Shown here: positions 4,304 to 12,153 of the stretch, one piece after another
Layout: the number at the start of each line of letters is the position of its first letter
How positions within the stretch are numbered: the first letter of the stretch is position 1
Assembly (NCBI GenBank): GCA_048939465.1
Contig: JBHLPL010000058.1
Span: 1-12,153, forward strand
DNA length: 12,153 nt
Origin: Promethearchaeota archaeon
GTDB taxonomy: Archaea > Asgardarchaeota > Odinarchaeia > Odinarchaeales > JBHLKK01
Reading direction: 5' to 3'
The notes under the pieces: generated by a model
Seen by the model: the letters and a program-made list of their open reading frames with translations, nothing else
Databases searched by the model: none
Told to the model about the DNA's origin: nothing
Program-made: the position numbers and the translations under genes

Positions 4304-7285
4304 ATGAGGAAAAAGCTTTTTACAACCACCTTTCTCTTGGCATTTCTCGTAATGACGTTGATACCCCTTAGCGTTGTGAGATTTTCTTCCTCTTCACCGC
4401 CGCCGCCAACCACCTTCTATAAGCGGGTCTCCTTTGTGTATTCAGATCCAACCTCCTACTTGGACGAATACGCCCTTTTGGCATCGATACCTGCCAACGT
4501 TTTTTGGGATGCGGCCGGAAGCGTATATACTTCCCCCATCATATTTGGTGAGTCGCAGGCAGGGAGGTACCTGCTCGAAGACTGGAATACTTACTGCAAT
4601 CGCTGGGGCGGAATTGATTATGCTGACTATATTGGTCCATACAGCAGCAATTACATAAGTGCGATGCAAACTTACCTTGGTACACCAAACTATGCCCAGA
4701 TGACTGCTACAGACCCATATTCCTACGCAATGAAAATTGCCCTGAGAGACTGGGCAAATGCGACCACAGCAGTTATTGCTCCTGCTCAAACGTACTTCGG
4801 CCAACCCAATACGATATATGGCAGCTTTCAAGGCTCATACTCCAACGTCGTTCCTGGCACGTATACTACGCAAGTTCCATTTACTGGAGTGGTTTCTCCA
4901 AATGGATGGCTCAACTTCACTTTTACCGCATACAACAATGCAACAAATATGCAGGTAATACCGGGACTATGGCGGACCCTTTTGTTCCCTCCATCCTATT
5001 CTGGATGGATGTTAACAAATGAATCCTTCCCTGTAAGCGCTGGCCTTAACGTAACCTTTGTTCAAGCGTATCTAATCGATAACACTAGCAAGGTAGTCGA
5101 TTATAGCTGGAATACGCCCGGCTGGAGATGGGAATCGGCTGGCTGGAGCGGTTTCAGTGACCACATAGTATCGGCCAATGGAAATCCCGGAATGTACACA
5201 TTGGCATTCTACAGCTCAAATGCCTCTCAACTGCCTGTGAATGTGACCGGGAGTGTTCAGTTTGACATGACAGCACACAGATACAACATAACTGTTCCTG
5301 AGAATGCTGAATCCCTAAGAGTCCACCTTAACATCTCTGATCCGGCATACTACTATTTTGGTCAAAGCTATGTAAGGCTTGCACTAATCGATCCGGATGG
5401 TAATGAAATGATTGGCGATTACTTCAAGGGTGAGACCTTCAACTACGTATACAATTACGTGGATCCGTACAATGTTATCGAGAATCCAGCACCTGGCAAT
5501 TGGACCGCAATCGTTTGGTGTCTCCCGTCGGGATCTCTTACGGGGTCAACCCAGTATAATCTCGATTATGCCATTCAAAGATACCCAGCTGACAAAACGA
5601 AATATGTTGGTTCAGCCGCCAACGGGGCAGTCATAGCTTCTCTTCAGAATTCTCCGCTCCTTTATACAGCTTCAAACAGTCTGCCAGACGATACAGCCGC
5701 GGCGATAAATCGACTCGGCATAACAAATGTGATTCTTGTTGGACTAAACAACACAATTTCAACAACCGTCAAAAACAGTCTGACATCCCTCGGAGTCTCA
5801 ATAGCTACTGATCTGGCAAATATGACTTCTGTCTGCAGCTATATCCGTTCCATAAGCAATCAGCCCGATATTGCGGTAACCATCCCTGAGGACAACTTCT
5901 TTGCTGCCGCTGCCCTTGTCGGAGCCTATCACGGAGGGCCAGTTCTGCTTTTGGAGGGTAAAGGAAAGACAGTATCAAACATAGCTGAATCGGTATGGGG
6001 TCGTCTATTTGCGTCCTTATCCTCAATGACGGGATGGTATGTTACGGAAGAATACAAGTCCGCTCACTTCGTATGGATGTGTGAACTCTCAGACACCTTC
6101 TATAGCTGGATTAACAGCCTGACCCTCGATGCGCCGGGCGTAGAAACGATAATTACCGTGGCTCCGATGGATAGATTCATGACAACATTTGACCGTGCTA
6201 TCGTTGGTGGTTCAATAACCGGAAGACTTGCTGGTGACACCGCCGAAGAAGACGTGGCTTTTGAATGCAGGGCTATGCTATATCCCGCAATCGTTTATGC
6301 AAACCCCGGCTCTGGCAACGCTACAGTCTCGCTAGTTGCGTATGAACACGGTTGGCAAATCTATGATAATATGAACAATAGCATTAACGTCTTGCTAACC
6401 AATATCACTCGCGATGCCCTCAATTCCACAGGTTTCAACATCAGCTACCATATCGGGAAGTATGAGATTCTCTCTGCACTAAACAACGGAACTGCAATCT
6501 GGTCCTTCTCAGACCACGGCGACCTAGGTCCGTGGTACGATAGACGCCCGTTCGCAGAAGGTTGGCTCGGAGTGTATTCAAATGATTCTAGCTGGAGAGC
6601 TTTCGAGCTCGGTGGAACTGCCAGCAGCCCCGATTTTGATGGAAATGGCGTAGTCGATCCGTTGTCATCTGGATTCATTACATCAAACATTATCGGCAGC
6701 GATTTTGACGCCTATGTCGGGAATATCCACAGCACAGTTGTCGACTTCATGTGCTGCTGGATTGGCAGCTCAAAATTACCAGTAACCGTGATGAAACATG
6801 GCGCTGTTGCCTCTCTTGGGTCTCTCAGACTCCTGGACTTTGGCTTTGGCTATGCTTCAGCAATGTTTGTTAACCGCACTGTTCTCGGAGACACTCTCGG
6901 TGAAGCAATGATGTATGTGCTTACTGCGTGCAGTTGGAACTACTATGCACATCAAGTATCCCAGAATTTCAGCAACTGGGATCTAATCCTAGGTCATTTG
7001 AGTTTCATGAGGGCTCCTGCATTTGGAGGTGGAAGTTTGCAGTATGTACTACACGGTGACCCAGAAGTTCAGCTTATCAATCCAAACACATGGAGTGAGC
7101 CTCAGGGTGCCGGGGTGAACTCGATCAACGTAGGCGGGCATTCACCTGAGCGTGGAATCGGAGAAGAGCCCCAGCAGCCGCCGTCTGCCTTTGACCCGGT
7201 TTCAATAGGCATAGGCTTGGCCGTCGGAGTTGCAGTAGGGGTCATCATAATGTTCTCTATACTCCGGTCAAGAAAAGGATCTTAA
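4304..7285 (+). CDS. Secreted, C-terminally membrane-anchored surface protein (~993 aa): CWB2-like repeats, 2x PPC-like domains and a gingipain/peptidase C25-like (clan CD) domain
   Basis: Start moved from GTG 4265 to ATG 4304 because it gives a signal peptide (MRKKLFTTTFLLAFLVMTLIPLS) and an SD-like site. CWB2-like segments: DPYSYAMKIALRDWANATTAVIA; SPLLYTASNSLPDDTAAAINRLGITNVILVG; DNFFAAAALVGAYHGGPVLLL. C25-like motifs: TGRLAG, FSDHG (6515-6520), DFMCCWIG (6752-6757), GAVASLG, GDTLGEA, YVLHGDP (7043-7063). TM helix at 7205-7264 followed by RSRKGS. Confidence 0.85.
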   Translation: MRKKLFTTTFLLAFLVMTLIPLSVVRFSSSSPPPPTTFYKRVSFVYSDPTSYLDEYALLASIPANVFWDAAGSVYTSPIIFGESQAGRYLLEDWNTYCNRWGGIDYADYIGPYSSNYISAMQTYLGTPNYAQMTATDPYSYAMKIALRDWANATTAVIAPAQTYFGQPNTIYGSFQGSYSNVVPGTYTTQVPFTGVVSPNGWLNFTFTAYNNATNMQVIPGLWRTLLFPPSYSGWMLTNESFPVSAGLNVTFVQAYLIDNTSKVVDYSWNTPGWRWESAGWSGFSDHIVSANGNPGMYTLAFYSSNASQLPVNVTGSVQFDMTAHRYNITVPENAESLRVHLNISDPAYYYFGQSYVRLALIDPDGNEMIGDYFKGETFNYVYNYVDPYNVIENPAPGNWTAIVWCLPSGSLTGSTQYNLDYAIQRYPADKTKYVGSAANGAVIASLQNSPLLYTASNSLPDDTAAAINRLGITNVILVGLNNTISTTVKNSLTSLGVSIATDLANMTSVCSYIRSISNQPDIAVTIPEDNFFAAAALVGAYHGGPVLLLEGKGKTVSNIAESVWGRLFASLSSMTGWYVTEEYKSAHFVWMCELSDTFYSWINSLTLDAPGVETIITVAPMDRFMTTFDRAIVGGSITGRLAGDTAEEDVAFECRAMLYPAIVYANPGSGNATVSLVAYEHGWQIYDNMNNSINVLLTNITRDALNSTGFNISYHIGKYEILSALNNGTAIWSFSDHGDLGPWYDRRPFAEGWLGVYSNDSSWRAFELGGTASSPDFDGNGVVDPLSSGFITSNIIGSDFDAYVGNIHSTVVDFMCCWIGSSKLPVTVMKHGAVASLGSLRLLDFGFGYASAMFVNRTVLGDTLGEAMMYVLTACSWNYYAHQVSQNFSNWDLILGHLSFMRAPAFGGGSLQYVLHGDPEVQLINPNTWSEPQGAGVNSINVGGHSPERGIGEEPQQPPSAFDPVSIGIGLAVGVAVGVIIMFSILRSRKGS

Positions 7286-7328
7286 CTCCTCCAATTTTTT
7301 TTCTTTCACTTTTTCTTATCAAAAAATC
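7286..7328. terminator. Convergent U-rich terminator region between the surface protein and the aminotransferase
   Basis: Plus strand CTCCTCCAA T8 CTTTCACTTTTTCTT after TAA 7285; minus strand TAG GATTTTTTG after the aminotransferase stop. Confidence 0.65.
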
Positions 7329-8471
7329 CTATTGAAAAGCTCTTTCAGCCATCTCTACGGCCTTCCCCCTTTCAAAACTGTGGCCCAGTTTCTGGAGGGC
7401 ATCTTCGATTGCATTGAGTGTATCCAGAACGTTCTGTTTTGAGACTTGTCCCATGGTGCCTATTCTGAAAATCCTTCCTTTTGTAGGCCCAATTCCACCC
7501 GCAATCGCAATCCCATACTCTTTTAGAAGATGCATTCTTACATCCAGGTCGTTGATTCCCTCTGGATTCACTATGGCGTTTACTGTCCTTGACGCAAATC
7601 TTTCTTCTCTGGGTAGGAGTTTCAAGCCAATTGCTTTCGCTCCTTCTATTATCCCCTTTGCGCACATCTCGTGCCGTCTTATCCGATTCTCAATTCCTTC
7701 TTCTCTTATTATTTCCAAAGCTTCGTCTAGCGCATAGAATATAGATACTGCGGGTGTAAAAGGCGTTTCCGATTTTTCATGGAATTTTCTTATTCTGATC
7801 AAATCCAAGTAGAAGTTTGTTCTGTTCTTGTTATTCTCAACTTTTTTCCAGGCAGCCTGGTTAAGAGAAATAAAAGCCAGTCCTGGAGGGCAGGCCAAAC
7901 ATTTCTGACTGCCTGTGACAACAACATCAGCATCCCACTTGTCCATATACAAATAATCTCCCGCAAGGTTGCTTACAGCGTCACAAAGGACGAGTATGTC
8001 ATGGTCTTTGGCGATCTTAATCAGTTCTTCGGCAGGATTGCGGACGCCTGTAGACGTTTCGTTGTAAACAAACGCTATCATCTTCGTGTCAGGATTCTTG
8101 GCAAGTGCATCTTCTATTTTCTTTGGATCTGCCCAGTCGCCCCATTCTGCCTCAATTCTAATAGCTTTCCCGCCAAATCGCTCTACGGTTTCCGAGACCC
8201 TAATTCCAAACTCGCCATTTGTGGGCACGATTACTTTGTCTCCTTTGGCCACAAGATTGCTAATTGCGCACTCAACAGCCCCCGTACCTGAGTTTGTCAG
8301 AGTATACACATCATTTTCAGTTTGAAAGACGTATTTTAATCCTTTCTGGACTTTTCGGTAGAGTTCTCTCCAGAGTTCCCCTCGGTGATTTATGATAGGC
8401 TTAGTCATGGCCTTCAGAACCCTTTCGGGCACCTGAGTGGGACCCGGGAGCATAAGAAGTTTCTCTTCCAA
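7329..8471 (-). CDS. Class V PLP-dependent aminotransferase (alanine-glyoxylate / serine-pyruvate type)
   Basis: LLMLPGPTQVP; HRG; SGTGAVECAISN; YNETSTGV; CDAVS; PLP-lysine motif DVVVTGSQKCLACPPGL; TPFTP; FRIGTMG. The start is most likely TTG 8471 (MEEKLLMLPGP, preceded by GAGGGA) rather than GTG 8519. Confidence 0.95.
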   Translation of the reverse strand: MEEKLLMLPGPTQVPERVLKAMTKPIINHRGELWRELYRKVQKGLKYVFQTENDVYTLTNSGTGAVECAISNLVAKGDKVIVPTNGEFGIRVSETVERFGGKAIRIEAEWGDWADPKKIEDALAKNPDTKMIAFVYNETSTGVRNPAEELIKIAKDHDILVLCDAVSNLAGDYLYMDKWDADVVVTGSQKCLACPPGLAFISLNQAAWKKVENNKNRTNFYLDLIRIRKFHEKSETPFTPAVSIFYALDEALEIIREEGIENRIRRHEMCAKGIIEGAKAIGLKLLPREERFASRTVNAIVNPEGINDLDVRMHLLKEYGIAIAGGIGPTKGRIFRIGTMGQVSKQNVLDTLNAIEDALQKLGHSFERGKAVEMAERAFQ

Positions 8472-8523
8472 GATATTTCCCTCAATTACGCTATGAAGTC
8501 GAGCAGATTGTCTTTCCACCTCA

Positions 8524-8531
8524 TTATTAAA
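8524..8531 (-). promoter_or_regulatory. Putative TATA box of the aminotransferase gene
   Basis: Minus strand TTTAATAA in the short hel308-aminotransferase gap. Confidence 0.4.
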
Positions 8532-8561
8532 GTTAACGCCTATGCTAGAACCAGAAGCCTT

Positions 8562-10793
8562 TCACTCTTCAAATTCGGAAAGCACTTTTTGATCACTTTC
8601 ATCAGGTCTTCCTGACTTGAGTTCTTTCCACTCTTTTTGTGTAAGAACTCCGCCTACCTGTTCCTTAATCTTTTTGGCAATCTCCTTTCCAATTAGGGGT
8701 ATTCCTGTGAGCTGCTGAGGTTTTGCTCTTTTGAGAGCTTTTACATCCTCAAAACCAGCATTAAACAGCATTCGGGCGCGGACTCTTCCTATCCCCTTCA
8801 GCCTTACCAGATCCAGAAGCTCTTCTTTAACTCCATTTTTTACACGCACCCTAGTTCTTTTGATTTGAGGGGTTAATTCTCTGATCTTGAATAGCTTTCC
8901 TATCTCGTATGTTGAATAGAGAAGCCAATCTGCTGTTTCCACAAATCGAAATATATCGCCCGAGCCTACGTCAAATCTTCTGGTTAGCAAATCCTCCGAA
9001 GTCTCGTTAGTCCAATCCAGTAGAAGCTTGGCAACCTTAACCTCTGACAGGAAGAATTCGTATTCGTGGGGCTCTAACCACTGATCTGGCATTTCAACGA
9101 TGAATTCGCCAAAATGCTCATCTGTGAATACATCCAATTCCTGATAATCTTTCTTGCGGAGATAAAGACTGGGCATGTTGGGTGTATGACAGATTAGGTG
9201 CATAAAACTCAGTGGAGTGGTTTCTTTGCTTCTTGCAGATAGTAAGGCATTCCTAATGGTGACCCCCGTCTTAGGATCAATATAGAGTTCTGAGACTCTA
9301 TGTCCGAATCTTGTGGCAGAAAGCCTCCCATTCTTATGGTGTATCATCTCTTCTTCAACCAGAAATTGACGTATCCGTTCAACTACCTCTAGAATGTCTT
9401 CCGGATCATATTGGTGCGCATAGAAGGTATGATTGATGAACTCAAGCAATCCTTTTTCATCTTTGGCGAAACCCGTGGCTATCAGGGCCAGAATATGTGT
9501 TCTCAGTGCTCCCTCTGCTGCCAACTTGGACCATATCTTTTCAGGATTTCCAAAGACATAGTTGCGCATAACGAATTCCTTTTCATTCTCTGTTTTCGCT
9601 AGGAGCACCGCCTCGCCTTCTTTGTCGTACTTTGGCCTTCCAGCCCTGCCGGCCATCTGTTTATACTCCAGAACCGGGATGGGATAGTAGCCAATTCCTC
9701 CCTCATAGCGCCGGTAACTTCCGATTATCACTCTTCTAGCGGGTACATTTATTCCAGCGGCAAGTGTCGGCGTGGCACATATTACTTTGAGAAGATTCCG
9801 TCTAAAGCAATCCTCAACGAGCTTTCGATGGGTATACCTTAATCCGGCGTGATGAAATGATGTCCCACGAAGAACCAACTCAGACAGTCTTCGACTCATT
9901 CTGGTAATCTCGCCTTGTCTTAGTATCGTCTCTGAAACTCGCTTTAGGGTCTTTCTCTGATTCTTGGTCAAGAACTCTGGCAAAACTCTAGCTATTCTGC
10001 TTGCAGTAGATGCAGTAGATTTTCTGGTACCAGTGAAGACCAGTGCCTGACCGCCTTTACTCACTATGTCCATAACAAGGTCAACAACATCATTGCCATA
10101 TTTGGGATTTAGCCCTGCACTCTCACCTTTGTTAAACTCTATGCCCCCCCTAAGATACACCCCTTCTCTAAGCTCCACAGGTCTCCAGTCGCTTGTGACA
10201 AGTTTCGCATCAAGCCACTCTGCAATTTCACCTGCATTGCTAATGGTAGCGCTGAGAGCCAGAATCTGAGCGTGAGGATTTATCTGTTTTAGCTTAGCTA
10301 TGACTGCCTCGAGAGTAGGCCCTCTACTTGAGTCGTTGATCAGGTGTGTCTCATCTGCTACAATAACGGTAAGATTGGATATCCATCTGGAACGATGGCG
10401 CAACAAAGAGTCTGCTTTTTCATTTGTGGAAATGATTAAATCCTGTCTTTCAAGCCAGGGATCGGCAGAATCGTAATCGCCTGAAGTAACAGCTACCTTA
10501 ACACCTATCTTCTCATATTTCTTAAAATCGTTGTATTTCTCGCTGGCAAGAGCCCTGAGCGGAACAAGATAAATTGCCTTGCCACCCTTCTCAATAATCG
10601 ACTTGACCATGCACAGCTCTGCTATCAGCGTCTTGCCAGAGGCTGTTGGAATGGCAAGAACTACGTTTTTCCCGTCCAAAACGCCTGCATTTATTGCCTC
10701 CTCTTGCGGTGGATAAAGTCCAGTTATGCCTTCTTCGAGAATAACCTCTTTAACCGAATCTGGAATACTGAGATCTTCAATTCCTGTCGACAT
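8562..10793 (-). CDS. hel308: Hel308/Hjm Ski2-like SF2 DNA helicase
   Basis: Q motif LYPPQEEAI; Walker A AIPTASGKT; DETH (10344-10355); LSATISN; FHHAGL; ATPTLAAGINVPA; QMAGRAGRP; winged-helix/ratchet region; C-terminal HhH LKGIGRVRARML with the RAR motif. Confidence 0.96.
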   Translation of the reverse strand: MSTGIEDLSIPDSVKEVILEEGITGLYPPQEEAINAGVLDGKNVVLAIPTASGKTLIAELCMVKSIIEKGGKAIYLVPLRALASEKYNDFKKYEKIGVKVAVTSGDYDSADPWLERQDLIISTNEKADSLLRHRSRWISNLTVIVADETHLINDSSRGPTLEAVIAKLKQINPHAQILALSATISNAGEIAEWLDAKLVTSDWRPVELREGVYLRGGIEFNKGESAGLNPKYGNDVVDLVMDIVSKGGQALVFTGTRKSTASTASRIARVLPEFLTKNQRKTLKRVSETILRQGEITRMSRRLSELVLRGTSFHHAGLRYTHRKLVEDCFRRNLLKVICATPTLAAGINVPARRVIIGSYRRYEGGIGYYPIPVLEYKQMAGRAGRPKYDKEGEAVLLAKTENEKEFVMRNYVFGNPEKIWSKLAAEGALRTHILALIATGFAKDEKGLLEFINHTFYAHQYDPEDILEVVERIRQFLVEEEMIHHKNGRLSATRFGHRVSELYIDPKTGVTIRNALLSARSKETTPLSFMHLICHTPNMPSLYLRKKDYQELDVFTDEHFGEFIVEMPDQWLEPHEYEFFLSEVKVAKLLLDWTNETSEDLLTRRFDVGSGDIFRFVETADWLLYSTYEIGKLFKIRELTPQIKRTRVRVKNGVKEELLDLVRLKGIGRVRARMLFNAGFEDVKALKRAKPQQLTGIPLIGKEIAKKIKEQVGGVLTQKEWKELKSGRPDESDQKVLSEFEE

Positions 10794-10806
10794 TTGTCCA
10801 CGAGCT

Positions 10807-12153
10807 CTATACTTTCTTTACAAAACCCGGACTGGGACGGTAAAGAACCCCTTCATCAATAAGTTGCTCTATTGCTCTTTCGACAAATTCCTTTTCCAGC
10901 TCATGTTCTTGAGCGCTTTCCACAACTCGATCTACCGGAACCGCATCTCCTATTTCTTTCTCAAGTTCCATAATCAACCGGATTATTAAGTCCATTCTAT
11001 CTCGCAAGCTTTTTGGTCTACCAAGCATGATCGTATCGATATCGTACCGCCCCGTCTCTTTGTCCATACCTACCTGCCTTAGCGAAACATCAATGAGTCT
11101 GATAACGGCATCAGCGTCCTCCGCAGTTACTTCCTTCCTGAGAGCGATTCGGGCTCTCGCCTCGGCCAGCCTGATGAGTGCTTCCAGCTGTCTTGCCGTG
11201 ATTGGCACCGGGGAATCTCTATCTTCTCCTCTGGAACGCATCTCAAGATAGAATTGCTTCAATCTTTCGGCTGCCTCCTTTGTTATCATCGGACGAACGT
11301 TTCTCTTAGCGTAAGCTATGTATTTTCTCAAGATTTCGGGTTCGATTGGAGGTTCCGTGCTGCGAAGACGGTGCAGATCTAAAATGTGGTCTGAAATCCG
11401 TTTGTCGAACTCCTCTTCAGGTCTGTCGGTGATTATGAAAATCAGGTCAAAACGAGAGAGTAAGGTTACTGGGAATTTGATATTCTCTGCAGCAGAGCGG
11501 TAGGGGTTGTATCTACCGAGGGCAGGATTTGCTGCTGCCAGAATTGCCGTTCTTGCGTTGAGTGTAGCAACGATGCCTGCCTTGGCTATGCTAATCGTTT
11601 GTTGCTCCATCGCCTCATGTATTGCGACCCTGTCCTGGGGATTCATCTTGTCAAATTCATCAATACATGCGACCCCCCGATCAGCCAGGACCAGTGCTCC
11701 GGCCTCAAGAGTCATACCGCCGGTTTCGTCTCTCAAAACTGCAGCGGTATTATGTACAACTATTCCGTTAGCAATGAAATTATGTGAGTCCGGAATTGTT
11801 AGGTCATAAACATATGGTTCTTCAGCTGGGATTTCGGTCGCTTCCGTAACCTCATCCCAGAAGATATCTGAATGACATAAGCTCTTCAAAAACTCATGGC
11901 TCTTTTTGTGTTCTAGGTGTTTCTCTTTGATAGATTTGATGAGTTCTCTCCAGTATTCGACGGTTTCTGAATTTAGATGTTCTCCCCCTATCTTCAGGAG
12001 AGAGATAAAGATTCCGATAGGAACGGAAGGATTCCTTGTCCGTCTTACGAAGTATTCATAGAGCTGTGTTCTAGTGATTTTTAGCTGCTTGCATACCGTA
12101 TCCAAGGAAATGGTCCTTCTGATTTCCCGGTAAAGCTTGTTTCTTGAACTATG
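10807..12153 (-). CDS. mcm: MCM replicative helicase, 5'-truncated at the window edge and interrupted by an intein (C-extein 10807-11748)
   Basis: TAAVLRDETGGMTLEAGALVLADRGVACIDEFDKM (Walker B); HEAMEQQTISIAKAGIVATLNARTAILAAANP; Arg finger LLSRFDLIF; sensor 2 ITARQLEALIRL; C-terminal winged helix. The frame is open from 12153 (HSSRNKLYREIRRTISL...), so TTG 12105 in the ORF track is not a real start. Confidence 0.97.
   Translation of the reverse strand, partial: HSSRNKLYREIRRTISLDTVCKQLKITRTQLYEYFVRRTRNPSVPIGIFISLLKIGGEHLNSETVEYWRELIKSIKEKHLEHKKSHEFLKSLCHSDIFWDEVTEATEIPAEEPYVYDLTIPDSHNFIANGIVVHNTAAVLRDETGGMTLEAGALVLADRGVACIDEFDKMNPQDRVAIHEAMEQQTISIAKAGIVATLNARTAILAAANPALGRYNPYRSAAENIKFPVTLLSRFDLIFIITDRPEEEFDKRISDHILDLHRLRSTEPPIEPEILRKYIAYAKRNVRPMITKEAAERLKQFYLEMRSRGEDRDSPVPITARQLEALIRLAEARARIALRKEVTAEDADAVIRLIDVSLRQVGMDKETGRYDIDTIMLGRPKSLRDRMDLIIRLIMELEKEIGDAVPVDRVVESAQEHELEKEFVERAIEQLIDEGVLYRPSPGFVKKV
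11749..12153 (-). mobile_element. Intein in MCM (C-terminal part only), inserted immediately before TAAV
   Basis: Block F/G: DIFWDEV...EEPYVYDLTIPDSHNFIANGIVV-HN, with terminal His-Asn (11754-11749) followed by Thr +1 (11748-11746). The site before TAAV corresponds, from memory, to the recurrent MCM/CDC21-b site. Confidence 0.95.

Noticed and set aside
4434-6690. Several short alternative-frame and antisense ORFs inside the surface-protein gene
   Set aside because: All are 66-129 aa, fully nested in a long coherent CDS, with no recognisable motifs.
7372-8615. Overlapping ORFs including the 170-aa plus-strand ORF at 7779-8291
   Set aside because: Shadow frames of the aminotransferase, with no independent support.
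10002-10019. Tandem 9-bp repeat TGCAGTAGA x2
   Set aside because: It encodes STASTAS inside Hel308 with no apparent length anomaly. Two copies are consistent with chance or a local duplication.
10344-10355. DETH instead of DEVH/DEIH in Hel308 motif II
   Set aside because: Position 3 of DExH is variable, and the catalytic D, E and H and all other motifs are intact.
10807-12105. Standalone 432-aa protein starting at TTG 12105, as in the ORF track
   Set aside because: The frame is open to the window edge. This region is the interior of an intein followed by the MCM C-extein.
1-12153. tRNA, rRNA, CRISPR array, IS element or integrase
   Set aside because: The longest intergenic gaps (~125 and ~175 nt) show no cloverleaf, repeat-spacer periodicity or terminal inverted repeats, and no transposase-like ORF was seen.

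Overview
Archaeal chromosomal window. A TACK/Asgard-type host is an inference from Hel308, the intein-bearing MCM, TATA/BRE-like promoters, U-rich terminators and the style of the surface protein. Minus-strand genes, in transcription order: intein-containing MCM helicase (truncated at the right edge), Hel308 helicase, a class V PLP aminotransferase, a single-domain malic enzyme, a ChlI-type AAA+ ORF, a ChlD-type VWA ORF, and an unannotated ORF running off the left edge. One plus-strand gene, divergent from the malic enzyme, encodes a ~993-aa membrane-anchored surface protein. It combines CWB2-like repeats, tandem PPC-like domains and a gingipain (C25, clan CD)-like His/Cys domain. The strongest leads are: (1) an apparent frameshift cassette (SD-like AAGGAG, 9 nt, UUU UUU C, 7 nt, weak hairpin) that would join the chlI-like and VWA ORFs into one ~792-aa ChlD-like protein; (2) the architecture of the surface protease; (3) an XRE-like HTH inside the MCM intein. 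All family assignments come from manual motif recognition; no searches were run.
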